Shown piece by piece: positions 51,600-64,000 of a DNA stretch of 64,000 bases (position 1 is the first letter of the stretch; each line of letters opens with the position of its first letter). Source of the DNA: Octopus sinensis (lineage: Eukaryota). Both the position numbers and the translations under genes were made by a program. The DNA is taken from the NCBI RefSeq assembly GCF_006345805.1, contig NC_043002.1, positions 66,216,001-66,280,000 of the forward strand. Direction: 5' to 3'. The notes below the pieces were generated by a model. That model did no database searches. It saw only the letters and a program-made list of their open reading frames with translations, and was not told the origin of the DNA.

Positions 51600-52378
51600 C
51601 TTATTTCATCCACTCAGATGGATTTAAGTGGCAAGAAACGAGACATAACTATCTCTCTCTCCCTCTGTGGTGTGTGTGTGTGGTGTGTGTGTGTGTAAAA
51701 CGATTGAAAATTATGAGCTTTTTACAATTATATCGTTTTATGACGAGTAAGATGTGAACCCTTTCAAGTGGAATGCACATATCCTTCTGCAAAGCCAACA
51801 TACTAGGGGCATCAAAAGGGCCAGTTAGTGGAAGGCCACGAAGTTGGCTAACGAGGCAGAAGAAGTTGCTTGAAGATGGCCATAGTCAGGAGGTGTGAGC
51901 CATGAATGAGGAAGTGTTAACTGAACATAACCTGGGTCTCGATCAACCTGGCTGGGGGCCTAGGTGAGGGTATTTGATAAACACCCTAAACATTCAATGA
52001 CACCAGATAACATCACTAATGAGGTGTTCAGATTCATCATAAGATGATATCAGAGAGAGAGAAAAAAAAGATATAAACAATTAGTTTATTTGTATTCAAA
52101 CGATTTAAAACTAATTATATACAATCAAATGGATATGCACATCTAACTAGATAAGGAATGTATTCTTCTGTCATTCTGTCACGGATTAGTGACATAAACA
52201 ATACTGAAAAATAATTTATTTCTTAATGCCATTTATCAATAACAAGAAGTTAATACATTATTTGTCAATACAGTGAGTTTATTTGTTTAAACACGCAGTT
52301 TCTAATTTCCACAGTTAAAATACAATATAACCAAAACGTTTACACAAGAGAGAGTAATAATGAGGAGGCAGGGCTTAC

Positions 52379-52430
52379 CTTTGACCGACGGCGAATATCG
52401 TGTTGTGAGTGACTGAGTGATTGTGTCTAT
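52379..52430 (-). other. Probable non-coding first exon of the TMEM160-like gene (5' limit uncertain)
   Basis: Strong AAAG|GTAAGC donor at 52378 in CpG-retaining unique sequence just downstream of promoter-like motifs. Confidence 0.5.
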
Positions 52431-52737
52431 GTGTGTGTGTATGTGTATGTGTGTATGAAGGAGAGAGTAAGGGGGAGAGAGAGAGAGAAAGTGATAGCAT
52501 GATAGGATAGTGTGTTGCGTAGGTGTATGTGTGTGTGTATGTGTATCTGTGACGAAGTACTTTTAAATCACTAAAATGAAAGTATCATAAATGACTGTGC
52601 ACTGTGGTTGAAGGTATGTGACAGTGTGCGTGTATATGTGTGTGTGTGTGTGTGTGCGCGCGCTAGTGTGTATGTGTGCGTGCGCAACAATTGATTTAGT
52701 GGCTGTTCACAAGGATTTCAGAAATCAAAGTAACTTA

Positions 52738-52839
52738 GAGTTACCTCCCCTAGATTAACGGAAGTAAACGCAGAAAAACAATATTTAACTCTATTGCAAA
52801 CCAACTTTTACACGCCAACACATTTAGTTGCTAGGAAAC
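52738..52839. promoter_or_regulatory. Promoter-like motif cluster: GAGTTACCTCCCCT, ETS-type CGGAAGT (52759-52765), RFX X-box-like GTTGCTAGGAAAC (52827-52839)
   Basis: Motifs read directly. They lie about 350-450 bp upstream of the 52378 donor in a region with retained CpGs. Confidence 0.5.
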
Positions 52840-53106
52840 GACAGACGCTAATATTATTTTTAGTAAAATAAGATCCGTGGAAACTAGCAGTTAGGCTTTT
52901 TTTTTTACCTCAAAACAAACTGATTTATAACATTTTTGGAATGATTATTTTTAGGAAGAGTGGCTCGTTATTGGAAACTGATACAACGGTTACGTAACAT
53001 GTTTCAGCGTGTTTCGACGTATTTTGATATTCTTGAAGAATCTTTGGGCAAACAAACCTTCGTACGTCTGTCTGTGAGTGTATGTGGTTATCAAAAAAGT
53101 GCATCT

Positions 53107-53170
<64 letters not shown>

Positions 53171-54139
53171 CGTGTGTATGTGTACTGGAGTGTCAGTAAG
53201 GATGCAAGCACTAATTTTAAACAGAATTGGAAGACAGCCAGGAAAAAAATACCTTATCGTACATAGTTACGTCCATTTATATTTTGAGTTCGACTCCATC
53301 CCAAGGTCGACTTCAACTTGCAATGCTTCCGAGGTCGATAAAATATGAACCAGGTTGTGTTAAAGTCGATATAATTAATTATACCAAACAGCCACACACG
53401 ACAAAATTTGTGGCACACGTGACGAAAAAAATCAATGATCTGTTTAACACGATGTTTTAATTACGATTTTTTAAAATCGAAAAAGAAAAAAATTCCGCTT
53501 CTTCACATTCCTTGACAAACACCTGGAAGTTGGCGTACACGCGCACGCACGAGAGAGAGAGAGAGAGAGAGAGAGGGGGCATACTTAATGAAAAAAGGAA
53601 AAAGAGAGTAAAGGAGTGAGTGTGTACGCTTATATCAAGGTATAATATGTGTAGGAAACTAAAGATTTGTTCGTGGAGATAACAACTGCTATGAATTTCA
53701 TTTCCCCCTTTTTCTCCTACATACCAACATCAAATAGATCGCTTCTTAATTTGTTAGTAGGGTAACAATTTTTTACGTAGGCTCAAGGCAGAAATGTGGA
53801 AGAGGGAAACAGCCGATAGTAATCCTTCGATATTGGTACTCCACGTCATTCATCCTTCTTTTATGATATAAAGAGGCTTCGCTGAAAAAGAATATGAATG
53901 ACGGCGTCTCATATCGCCCAGCCGAATATATCAACGATCAAAGTACGTTATTTCTATCGACTGATACTTTATTTTTATCGACCCTGGTAGGGCCAAAGGT
54001 ACAGTTGACTTTAAATCAAACGCACAGTTGATTTAAAGGTCAACAGTTAAATTCACAGTTGACCTGGGAATTTAAGGAGCTGAGGATAAAATAAGACGAA
54101 ATTAAGACAAGAATATAACAGCTCTTATTTTGCAACATC

Positions 54140-54450
54140 AATCAATGTAACTTCGCAACCTTACTTCGACAGGATGCGTAACTCGGAGATGAGAAAGTAT
54201 CTCCAAGTCGAGCTGCTACGTCTCTGCATTTGAGAGATCACAACTCCGTTAATGCGGACATGTGATTAGAATGTCGCAGGAAGAAAAAAAATCAGAAGAC
54301 GGGCTTTTCAAGCTGAGCTATCCAACAGGAAACCCAGGGTTCGACCAAAAACGAAATGTTTGGATGATGTCCAGTCTTATTTGGTCATGCTTGGGAATTC
54401 AACCGGAAAGTGTAATGACGGTTGCTTCTGATAGGACCCTATGGAAACAG
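54140..54450 (+). mobile_element. RTE-like LINE 3' fragment, same family as the 11.4 kb copy
   Basis: Nucleotide similarity to 11390-11580 (tctccaagtcgagc..tctctgcatt..tcacaactccg). Confidence 0.65.
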
Positions 54451-55169
54451 AGGTCTCTACCCCTCCCCCCGACGCACACACATACGCGCGCGCATATGCA
54501 CACACACAGACATACATATATATGACGGACTTCCATCTACCAGATTCACCCGCTAGGCTTTGGTCATCCTAAGGCTATAGTGGAAGACACTTGTTTAAGG
54601 TGCCACGCAATGGGACTGAACCTGGAAACTTGTGATTAGGAAACAAGCTTCTTACCATGCCGCTTCGCCCGCGTCTATATTTGTGTGTGTATATCTATGA
54701 ATGTATATATATGAGTATAAATACAAGTGAATCTGGTCCCCTTGCACGCCCCCACACCCACACGCGTACATACACACACAGAACCTTTCCAGGAATAGTG
54801 GGTCGAGAAATGGATGGATGGATGGATGGATAAATATGCTTCTGAGAATAGAGAAGGATATTTGATAAATTTTTCATATTACACCCGTCTCATTTTGAAG
54901 GTGAAATTCTTCTTCTTATGGTTTTACGTTTTACAAGGTCAGTTGGTTGCTGTGGTGCAGAAAGTGTTATAAAATATTACAATCACACACACACACGCAC
55001 ACGTACAGACACACACATTTTCGTGAGTTATCTACTTTATTTTTGCTGGTGTCTGATAACGATTTTAGCTTCCATCCGATTCATTCCGACATAGATCACA
55101 AGCTTACCAATTCTGTTGATTATACTTATTGGAATAGAATCGTATTATCTACTCTGTTAGTGTAAAAGT

Positions 55170-56340
55170 CAACGGCTACAGTGGGTAGACAGAAGAAACA
55201 AAGACACATCTCCCAAAACTTGGCTTTGCAAAAGACGCTGACAAGAACCAGCATTTTGGTAGTAAACATGAGTCAAAGAGGTTCGGACACACTGAAAGTT
55301 GTCTTCAATCCACAGGAACTGCACCTTTTCTAAACACTGACGGATCAACACTTCTTATAGATGAACATATTTTAGAAAAATAGACAGAACACATCGATTC
55401 AGTCCTCAACTGACGTCATCAACTGAAGCGGCAATCTTTCGTTTACCTTCAAATCGAAACTCTTTAAACTTGACAATCATTTACTGACACAGACGTTGCC
55501 TTTAAGTAATTGACCTGTGGTAAAGCTCCTGGATCAGATCCATACCATCCGAAATTTTAAACCTGGATGATCGATCCCGTAAAATAAACTGATCAAAAGT
55601 AGTCAGATCTTTCTGGAGCTTGGGCATTGAACAAGAATTCAAAGAACCTTTGACAATCCACATCTACAATTCAAGAGAAAGTCGGTTAGTTATACAATAA
55701 TCATCGTAGCATTTCTCAGCTGATGATTGTTGAGTGAAAGATCCTGGCTGGAGTTCTGCTGAACCACCTTATCATATACCAAAAGGTCAATCTGCTACTA
55801 GAAAGCCAATGTTGTTTCCGCGCATGACATGGAACTGTAAATATAGTATTTGCTGCGAGATAACAGCAGGAGAAATGCCAATAACACTAGAATCTGTACA
55901 CCATTTGTCGATCTAACCAAGGCATTTAGCTCAATGCACCACTAAAATCTTTGGAAATTTGGCAACTCAGACAAATTTTGTCTAGCAAACATTATCTGGC
56001 ATGACGCTTTGAGCCCTCTACAACGGTGAGCATCGACTGTCTTTCCTGTCAACAATGGTATAAAATAGTTAGCGTGTATTGGTGTCAATATTGTTCAATA
56101 TGATGTTTTTGGTAGTGCTCACAGACGTCTTCATAGATAATGTTCCATGTGTTTACATCCTTTACAAAATGGATGACAGACTTAACGTAGTCATTCGCCT
56201 GCCTGAAAACAGTCGCTAAAATTGAAACCACTGCTGTCCACGATCTTCTCTTTGTAGATGGCTGAACATCGAATATCAGTGCTGTCAGGGGAATGCAACA
56301 AAGCACGAACAGCTGCAACAACTCTAGATATCAATAACAG
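55170..56340 (+). mobile_element. Heavily decayed RTE/BovB-type reverse transcriptase region
   Basis: Remnant motifs GKAPGSD (about 55519), DLTKAF (55910) and DLLF-D (56242); many stops and frameshifts. Confidence 0.75.
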
Positions 56341-56697
56341 TATCAAAAGCACTGCACTAGTACCCGGTATATTGAATAAAAAATCATGGTCTTCGAACGG
56401 AGTAGAGAAGTTCATCTACTTGTTAGACATGTAATGCTTGTGGTTGTTCTAAATATATTTGTTTGTTGTTTTGAAATGACAAAGAAATCTGAGCCCAAAG
56501 AGTCAGACTTAGGTATTCTTTCCACAAAGACTTCTACGCTTCATGACTGGATAAATTTTACTTTTTGTCCTGCAACCCGGCTACTTCAGTAAACCATACT
56601 CCGTAACTTAAAGCCTTCTACAATTGAAACAAATAACCGCGTCAATTTATCCTGGTTGCTATTTACACAATGTGTTCGTGGATGATTAATGGTTTTG

Positions 56698-56749
56698 GGA
56701 TGTGGTGCTGAAGAAGGAGCAATAACTCATGAAACATACATATACATCC
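56698..56749 (+). ncRNA. Degenerate hammerhead-like motif
   Basis: ggatgtggtg-CTGAAGA-AGGAG caataa CTCAT-GAAA-CATA-catatacatcc, with stem I ggatgt/acatcc. Confidence 0.5.
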
Positions 56750-57355
56750 ATTACCCATTTTCTGTCTTCGATCGCAGTGTTTACATGGTCATATTCGTAT
56801 ACGAAGCGATGGCTCTAATTTCAGTGCTAGCTCTAATTTCTATAGAAACTCTGTAGAGATAACTTTAAAAAGTGATTTACCCCTGAGTCCTCGCCTCTCT
56901 CATTCAAAAAAGAAGACAAAATATATGTAACCTTCTGTTCAGTAGATTTCTTGAACCAAGTTCAACCCTGCCTAGAACTTCAACTTGTATCCGTCCACCG
57001 TTCCTATATTTGTCCCTACATTTCTCAAACCACATTTCTTCTAAGTCACAAGTCCACGGTCAATAGGGTCAAATATTACCTCCCACGTAAAATAGTTCTT
57101 AGCATTGAAACACTCTAATACATTAATAATAAATGGCCATGGTAGCTCGTTGCATGGAGGATCAGTTCCGGGAACATCTCGATGTATGTAACAAACCTTA
57201 GAAACTCCACCAAGTCGTAGGCTTCCTTTTTAACTTTCTCCCTACTCTAACCGTCTCCATTGTGCTGGAGAATACCATTGTGCTGGCATTCTCCAGCACA
57301 ATGATTAAAATGACAAACCCAATGAAAAATGTCCTCATCTGCAATGTAAGAGCGT

Positions 57356-57640
57356 ATGTACAATAGAGCAATTGCCCCAGCTCCCCTTCAGGGTTGGCGA
57401 AAGCGATGTGGTGGACAACGAAAACCCTGGCTGATGACAGTCAAGGCTGATCTGGAACCCAACCTAGGCCCCCATGTCTACGGCGTTCGCCGCTGGAATA
57501 AGGAGTGGTTGGAGATCACGCGGTCGTTAGCCTCAAATCGCCAGGCCCGGTTGGCGTTTGTGAGAGATGTAGGATTGAGGATGAATGAAGCCAGCTCAAC
57601 CCACCCCGGGTTAATGCTGTCTCAAGCAAGCAAGCAAGAG
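57356..57640 (+). mobile_element. RTE-like LINE 3' terminus with (CAAG)n tail
   Basis: GWRKRCGGQRKPW...DLE...LASNRQAR followed by caagcaagcaagcaag. Confidence 0.75.
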
Positions 57641-58616
57641 TATAAATTTTCATCATAGCTTTTCTTTCTTTTCTTATGCCTTCTACCTCACCTCATTACT
57701 GTGCTCACTTCTGGTGTCCTCCACCCTTACGAAGATTCCTTGATCTATGTTGTGTAAATGTCATTGTGTGTTTAAATGCAAGTATGTATGGGTGCGTATA
57801 CTCCCACGCTCTTGTATTTGCGTTATGTGTCTGTACAACAATACGTAAATGTGGTTGCCATGAAGGCTGTATATGTGCGATCTGTATTGTGCAAACGATA
57901 AATGCTTTTGGCTTTACCCTTCTCACCATTTCCCCTCTTTCTTTTTCTTCAACTGACTTCCAGTCTGACTTTGCTTAAAGCTTTAATTCTCTTTATCTTT
58001 TCGGCTTTCCTCCTCACACCACCTCCTATATTAACCTTCTTTTTTTTCTTTTTTGCATGAATGCCTTTTGGCTAACCCCAGCCCTTTTGAATATAACAAT
58101 GCCAATCCCTCGCGATTGAAAGCGTTCGTGTAAAAGGATACATGATTATAATTAAAATTTAAAGTTGTCAGTAACAGCAATGTATATATATATATATTTT
58201 CTAACATCTTTGTTGAATTGCCTTTTATCATATTACCTTCAACTGGGTGTTATGAATTTTCTTCAACAAACAGAGCACTGTCAATTGTTCAGTCGCTGTC
58301 ATAGAAACGTAGCTAGTAATTACAAGTTTACTTATTGAATATCATGACTAATAAAATACATAAACGTACAATGCTCTCGAGACAACTTCATAATATTGTG
58401 TCTAGCAGGGTTAATATGAATGCAGGCTTATTTTTGGTACAATTGACATAAATAAATTACAACCACTTTTCTTCTTCAAAAATGTCCACCAAATATGAAC
58501 GGATACTCGGATCAACATGATTTGGCAGACGCTGGATTCAACTTATAATTTGGAGAAATATTTTCACTATATCTATAGAAAGTAGTGTCATGAAGGGTAA
58601 AAGAAAGAGAGAAAGA

Positions 58617-58721
<105 letters not shown>

Positions 58722-59813
58722 CTATCTTGCAGTGAATCAAATTTGTTTTCTGTATTTGAAATCTTCAATAACAAAAGGAAGCTACATTTTAATAATTGGA
58801 ACTTTTAAGAAATTTTTAGTCAGTGTAGACTGAGTTCTGTTAGTAAAAGTTACATAGTCCAAACTAATTAATAAATAGCTCTATTTACTACAGGCTATGT
58901 TACTAATATAATTAACCTACAAAGTGAAACCGCGTTTTAATAAAGCATTTTTATAATAGAGGCCTAATTGAAAAATCACTGCATTTGAAGAGAGGCAAGA
59001 AATATCGAGGGAAATATTTCAAATTAGATTATCTAATATGTTCTTGTGATGCATAGAACATCTGTTTATGTAATAAAGAAATTGACTGGATTTTCTAAAT
59101 TAACTGCACTAGTAATGATGCATTGAGCTTTAAAAATGAACCACTTTCAGCATTTAGAAGGCTAATTTATGATTAACCTCAGAAGCAATTTTTAGATAAA
59201 GTTTTTGTCGAAATCTGTTGATATTCTTGTTCGTTAAAGGTCCTAAAGGTAAGCTGTCTATTATATCTAAGTAATCTACCGGCTTTAAATGGAAACACCG
59301 TTGATAATTTATTCAAGATATTTAATGTTACATTCTTAATAATTTTAGCCGAGTCTATCGCTCCAGTATTATAATATCAAAACCAATAATTGGAACGTTT
59401 GTTTATCTTTATGCTGTGATCCATGGGGCCGGGAGCAAGGAGTGGAGTGGGCGCAAGCGCACCTCCTAAAATGTTTGTTGAAAATCGTTCATGAAAATGT
59501 TTGATGAAGATGTCTGATGAAAATGTTGGATGACAGACAGACAGACACACATTCTCAGTTTTATATATAGAGAGATTGAATTGTTTTAATTACAATCCAT
59601 TCTTCTTGATCAAACTTGCTCCAGTAACATCAACGAGTGGCTGTGTGGTAAGTAGCTTGCTAACCAACCACATGGTTCCGGGTTCAGTCCCACTGCGTGG
59701 CATCTTGGGCAAGTGTCTTCTGCTATAGCCCCGGGCCGATCAATGCCTTGTGAGTGGATTTGGTAGACGGAAACTGAAAGAAGCCTGTCGTATATATATA
59801 TATATATATATCT

Positions 59814-59863
<50 letters not shown>

Positions 59864-60703
59864 GTGTGTGTGTTTGTGTGTCTGTGTTTGTCTCCCTAGC
59901 ATTGCTTGACAACCGATGCTGGTGTGTTTACGTCCCCGTAACTTAGCGGTGGTTCGGCAAAAGAGACCGATAGAATAAGTACTGGGCTTACAAAGAATAA
60001 GTCCCGGGGTCGATTTGCTCAACTAAAGGCGGTGCTCCAGCATGGCCGCAGTCAAATGACTGAAACAAGTAAAAGAGTAAAAGGCAATTGAAATGATTTT
60101 TTATTTCTAATTCTACATTATAAATACTGTCAAATATTTTTGATACTAAACATTGTTATAATGACAGTAAAGATAAACGTAACTCCATGAAATAATTTCA
60201 AGACAAAGCAGAGAAAATAAAAACAAACAAAAAGAAACAATCTTATAAGGCGTCAACTGGAAAATCGTCTGTGATAACTGTACAAAATATATAACGGAGA
60301 AATATATTTTAAAAATGAAAAACAAAAAAAAAAATGTTGTTATGGTGATAAAACGCTATTGGTGGGCTGACAGAATCAATCGTTAGATCGCCGGAAAAAA
60401 TAACCCTTGCAATATTTGTTTCGGTTCTTTGTTTTGAGTTCAGATACTACTAAGATCAACTTTGCCCTATATCCTTTGGGAGTTGACCGACGGGATCGGA
60501 GTATTCCACTACCCGCTCCATTCAAAACTGTGGGTCCTGTATCGATGTTACAAACCATAGTTCATAATAAATGGAATAATAAACGCAAGGGAGATCATTC
60601 TTAATCGTGAAAATCATAAAAATACGCTCACAAAAAGAGATATACACACACGCAGACAGGCAGGCTGTTATGAATCTGTTGAAAGTGTATTTCAGTACGA
60701 TTG

Positions 60704-60922
60704 CAGTAATCCCTCGACTATCGTGGGAATTATGTTCCAACCCCCACCCGCGATAGATGAAAATCCGCGAAGTAGAAACAGTGTTGAACTGTATATTTTA
60801 CTATATTTATAATTTGTATATACTTATTTTATTATAAATGCAAAACAGCACCACGAAGGAATAGACGAAAGCTTAAATAATAAACCGCGATAAGTGAACC
60901 GCGATGTGGCAAGGGATTACTG
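60704..60922. mobile_element. Tc1/pogo-type MITE
   Basis: cagtaatccctcg...aagggattactg TIRs with TA on the right flank. Confidence 0.75.
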
Positions 60923-61146
60923 TACACCGCTGGGCTATAGTAATTATTTACATATTAAATTTAGTAGCAAGTCGAAAATAAACCTCAATCATATTACCTT
61001 TCATTATAGTGTGTTGCTATTGTGTGTGTGCGCGCGCGCGTGTGCTTGTGGCTCCGGTTTTTGCAACTGGCCATAGAAAAGCTGCCTCAACAAATTCCAT
61101 CTGACCCATGCAAGCATGGTAAAATGGATTTTGAATGATGATGATA

Positions 61147-61177
<31 letters not shown>

Positions 61178-61663
61178 CACATACATACATACACACACAG
61201 CTTTCCAGAAATTTATTATTTAAACATATATATGAACGTGTCTAGATGTGGATCTGCTGAGACCCCTTCGGTCATGACTGACCATGGGATTGCACCTAGA
61301 AAGTTACCCTCCCAGGCACAAGTCCAAGTAAGGTTGTTTATGGAAGACCAGCAGTCGCCCATGCATACCAGCCTACCCTCTCCACGCCAGTATTATCCAA
61401 GGGAAAGGCAAAGGCCGATACAACTTGGCACCTGTGACGTCGCAACTCATTTCTACAGCTGAGCGAACTGGAACAACATGACATAAAGTGTCTTGCTCAA
61501 GAACACAACACGCAGCTCGGTCCGGGATTCGAACTCACGACCGTAAGCTCAAACTCTAACGACTGAGCCATGTGCCTTCACATAGGAACTATATGCATGA
61601 AAATGCATACATAAAGCAAAGCATACAAATCTGCACGCACACGCGCACGCGCACACCCATACA

Positions 61664-61696
<33 letters not shown>

Positions 61697-61931
61697 GCAT
61701 TATATAGTATACATGCTCCTGCCTTAACTATTACTCCCGCTCCTTCATGGACTTCTCTTTTTGCTTACAATTTTCTCTCACGTGTCGACTACTTTAAACT
61801 ATTCAAGATAACTGTCGATCGTATTTTATTTTCTACAATTCAATGCCTTTTGTTCCTTGTAAAAATTTACTTCTTATAACTTTCGTACATGGCTCCAAAT
61901 CTGAAGTGTTAAAATATAATTAAATCAACTC

Positions 61932-61972
<41 letters not shown>

Positions 61973-62199
61973 CACACAGAGGCGGCGATCATGGAACTCC
62001 AACTTCTATGAATTTTAACACGTCTTTTTGAGGTATCATCAAAGTAAAACCAAATACGTTTCTTGAAGGTAAAGGGACACAACTACGTACCAATCACAAA
62101 CGACTTTGCAGTAATTCAGTTACCTCCCTTCCGCGTTCAACTCTCGCCAAATACGTAGCAATATTTTAAAGAATTCTAGCTCGCCAGACACATTTTTGA

Positions 62200-62812
62200 C
62201 CAGAGGTGGGGAAACCTTTTTTGCGCGGTGAGCAAAGATTTACAAAGAAAAATTTCCGCGTGACACTTATTAACCATATTTACAATATTTTTCCGTTGTT
62301 CAAATCTCTCCAAATTGACATCGTCTTTTCCAGACCTCATAAAATCAGTAATTAAATCGATATTAAATTTGTAGACAACAGATTTTCTTCACATTAATTA
62401 GCTATCTTAACACTAGTTAAAAAAAAAACAAAAAGCAACTAACGCATGGCAGTTACGTCCCTTTATTGTACTTTTTTTTTTTTTTCGTACGTTCAAATAT
62501 CTCTATCTGGGCGTTAACTTCTCCGGACCACATAAAACGAATACTAGTAATTAAATAGGGTTCGATTCAGTAGATAATAAAGTTAATTTACCGCAACTAG
62601 CTACCTAAATACTAAACCAAGAAGCCAATGAATATATGGCACACTATCGCATGGCAATTACGTCCCTTGCATATGTTTTTTAGCTTAAATTAGTCATTAG
62701 CAAACTGCGACCCACGTGACTTTCTGAATGGTATACTTTTAGTGGTGCGGCTCGTCTGGTGATGAGCAATGTCTCTTGCGGCCCGTTTCTCGAGAAACGT
62801 TGTCCATGCATG
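62200..62812. mobile_element. Possible hAT-derived element
   Basis: cagaggtggggaaac start, gcggccc subterminal motif and gttgtccatgcatg end. Confidence 0.35.
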
Positions 62813-63273
62813 ATTTAAATCCCCCAGGCTGCTATGTAATATGACATTTCATTTATATTACAATTTAATATTAATAGTCAGCATTGCGTTCTCTAATTAA
62901 TTACTAAAGTTGTTTGGCACCTTTGAAAAACAGAGATTGTAAAATAAACAATAAAATAGCAAGTCGCTATACAGACACGGTTGTGTGGTTAAGAAGCTCA
63001 CTTTGCGACCATGGGGTTTGAGGTTCAGTCCCGCTGAGCAGTATCACCTTGGGCAAGTGTCTTCTATTACCCAGGAGTGAATAACGCATTGTGTGTGGAT
63101 TCAGTAGACGGTAACTATGTGAAAGCCCGTCGTGCGAGTGGCCGTGTGGTAGGAAGCTTACTTCCCAGGCACATGGTTCCGCGTTCAGTCCCACTGCGTG
63201 GCACTGCTATAGCCTCGAGCCGACCAAAGCCTTGTGAGTGGATTTGATAGTCGGAAACTGAAAGAAGCCCGTC

Positions 63274-63348
<75 letters not shown>

Positions 63349-63679
63349 CGTGTGTGCTTGTGTGTGTGTGTGTTTGTCTCTCCACCATCGCTTGACAACC
63401 GATGTTCGTGTATTTACGCCCTTGTAACTTAGCGGTTCGGCAAAAGTTAGAATAAGTACTCGGCTTACAAAGAGTAAGTCCTGAGGGCGATTTGTTCGAC
63501 TAAGGGCGGTGCTTCAGCGTGGCCGCAGTCAAATGACTGAAAGAAATAAAAGAATAAAATAACACTAGCACACCTGAAACGTACCTGTTATAACTCTTTT
63601 ATCTTGATCTGAATGTACGTGAAGGTATCTAGAATGTTCAAACTTATTTCTGCATTGATCAATAAGCGTAGGAGCGAGG

Positions 63680-63961
63680 TAAATGCAGTAAAAATAGTTA
63701 GGCGGGGTCAGTGGTGGGGCCTCCATTTAAGCGGCCCTTCAGAAATTGAACCTCCTTACAATATCCCCTGGGAGTTCATGTTATGAAATTCGTTGTCATT
63801 GCACCGATTTGGTCGCCAATGCCATGTATTTAGTTTAAAATGCAGTAAAAAGAGGGGTGTCAGTGGGGTCCCAATTAGGTGGCCCTTGAAAAAATAGATC
63901 CCATTAAGACATTCCCTGGGATTAGGGGAGCCGCTGGTTTGAGTTCCGTTGTCCTTGCACC
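63680..63961. repeat. Diverged about 157-bp tandem dimer
   Basis: aaatgcagtaaaaa...tcagtgg...ggccctt...ccctggga...cgttgtc.ttgcacc occurs twice. Confidence 0.65.
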
Positions 63962-64000
63962 TACAGTCTAGGAGGAGTTAACGAACATAAAAACGTAACA

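Noticed and set aside
55715-55750. CTGATGA...GAAAGATC hammerhead-like string
   Set aside because: No stem II, and it lies within decayed RTE reverse transcriptase coding sequence.

Overview
AT-rich, repeat-dense eukaryotic DNA, very likely an octopus (coleoid cephalopod) genome, judged from the SINE families, microsatellites and mollusc-type 5S copy. There are two spliced minus-strand genes that the ORF track shows only in fragments. (1) MRM1, a mitochondrial SpoU-family rRNA methyltransferase: 5 coding exons at 8214-849, continuing off the left edge. (2) A TMEM160-like/DUF202-type membrane protein: coding exons 35489-28595 including a 25-nt microexon, with a probable non-coding first exon and promoter near 52.4-52.85 kb. 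The rest is tRNA-derived SINEs (CORE-, Meta- and V-domain types), RTE LINE and mariner remnants, MITEs, a 5S rRNA pseudogene and microsatellites; nearly all listed ORFs are repeat artefacts. The most notable hidden signal is six minimal type-I hammerhead-ribozyme-like motifs in five unrelated sequence contexts, two with intact cores and one pair forming a 325-nt tandem retrozyme-like dimer. Also present are several fold-back/templated inverted duplications forming intronic dsRNA and a recurring AAGGGANAYAACT motif. All calls were made by eye; no database searches or folding programs were run.
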